Part shown: in pieces, positions 63,022 through 64,000 of the stretch | Layout of the letters: the number at the start of each line of letters is the position of its first letter | Position numbering within the stretch: position 1 is the first letter of the stretch | NCBI RefSeq assembly: GCF_033153115.1 | Contig: NW_026889760.1 | Span: 3,100,001-3,164,000, forward strand | Direction: 5' to 3' | DNA length: 64,000 nucleotides | Source of the DNA: Saccostrea echinata | Taxonomy: Eukaryota | Program-made: the position numbers and the translations under genes | Notes under the pieces: generated by a model | Seen by the model: only the letters and a program-made list of their open reading frames with translations | The model's database searches: none | Told to the model about the DNA's origin: nothing

Positions 63022-64000
63022 CTAAAAAACTATCTGTATTTTATCAGCTTATTCTGGTTTCCCCTTCTGCATAATGATTCTTCTAAATTGTTTAACATAA
63101 TAAAGTTTTTTCAGAGAAATCTGTAGAATGTGTTATTGTTTTGCAGAAATTGATATCATGGGATCAGTAATTTTAAAATTCACAGAGACAGAGATTTACA
63201 ACTTAAATCTTGTTTTTCATCTGATGTAAAGCATATTGTTTTTCATCATAAAGCGAGAATGTCATGTGTTTTATGTCAAAATTCATCAAAAAACTAACTG
63301 AGGGGGTACATGTATACTTTTTTTTTTTTTAAATTTTGATAATAAACTTAAACATATGCTATAAAATAATAGCCTCCAGTATGGAGTTGTGGAGTTTATT
63401 TTCCTTATGGAAGTCTGAAGGTGCTAATTGCCTCCTATTTATTATCAATACAAATATATGTTAATTGATCCTCGACTTTTATTTTATGAAATCACTTAGA
63501 CATGATTACTGTGAATAAATAGAACAATATTTTATCATATCTTTATTTTAATAGAAAAACTACTGAATAACTTGCTTGGAATCCCTTTTTTCCTAATTCA
63601 TGTGAAATCTACAAACAATTTACAAAGATTTAAGACAGAATCATCTAAGACTTATCTGAATCTTCTGAAAATCTCCGATGCCTCAACTCATAGATGAAAT
63701 ACAATATTTTTTAATTAAATACAGAAATAAATTTAATTGTATTTTCTTTATTACCATGTTATATAAAAACATTTCTAAAAATGTAAACCTTTGTACTTTG
63801 ATCATTGAATACGTTTTGATTTCTTTTTTACCTTTAATCCCTAACAATTTTGCGTGTTTTCCTCTGAATATCAAGATTAATAAAGTTTCGTAGGTTTATT
63901 AAGCTTACCACAAAGACAAGAAAGAGTGAAACACATGATCTAGTAGTTTTCAAAGAAAAAGCTTTCTAAATAAAAATAATTAAAAAAATCATATATGGTT

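Overview
AT-rich, intron-rich animal genomic DNA. It is very probably an oyster (Ostreidae): it contains a 166-bp Cg170-type satellite inside a Helentron/HINE and bivalve-type Deu-domain SINEs. Genes were reconstructed by hand from GT-AG junctions. (1) A possible first exon of a divergent gene on the minus strand at the left edge. (2) An intact 5-exon HSD17B10/SDR5C1-like gene (+, 444-5199) whose NAD-binding and catalytic motifs are degenerate, so a probable pseudoenzyme. (3) A ~5.7-kb long-TIR DNA transposon (7987-13730) carrying a decayed C2H2 zinc-finger gene and spanning a 129-N gap. (4) An intronless BUD13 (-). (5) A 55-aa TOM6-like microprotein (+) missed by the ORF track. (6) SNRPF (-) head-to-head with MED20 (+). 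(7) A 21-exon urocanate hydratase UROC1 (-). (8) Two paralogous secreted PAN/Apple + C-type lectin genes (-), one intact and one frameshifted, flanking duplicated relics of an unidentified multi-exon gene. Introns and intergenic DNA hold many non-autonomous transposons: hAT, Kolobok, MULE, IS3EU-like, HINE, RTE, Penelope, SINE and a tRNA-LTR TRIM. Many have readable target-site duplications, and some are nested several layers deep. There is no CRISPR array, rRNA or clearly functional tRNA. All homology calls come from recalled family knowledge, not from database searches.
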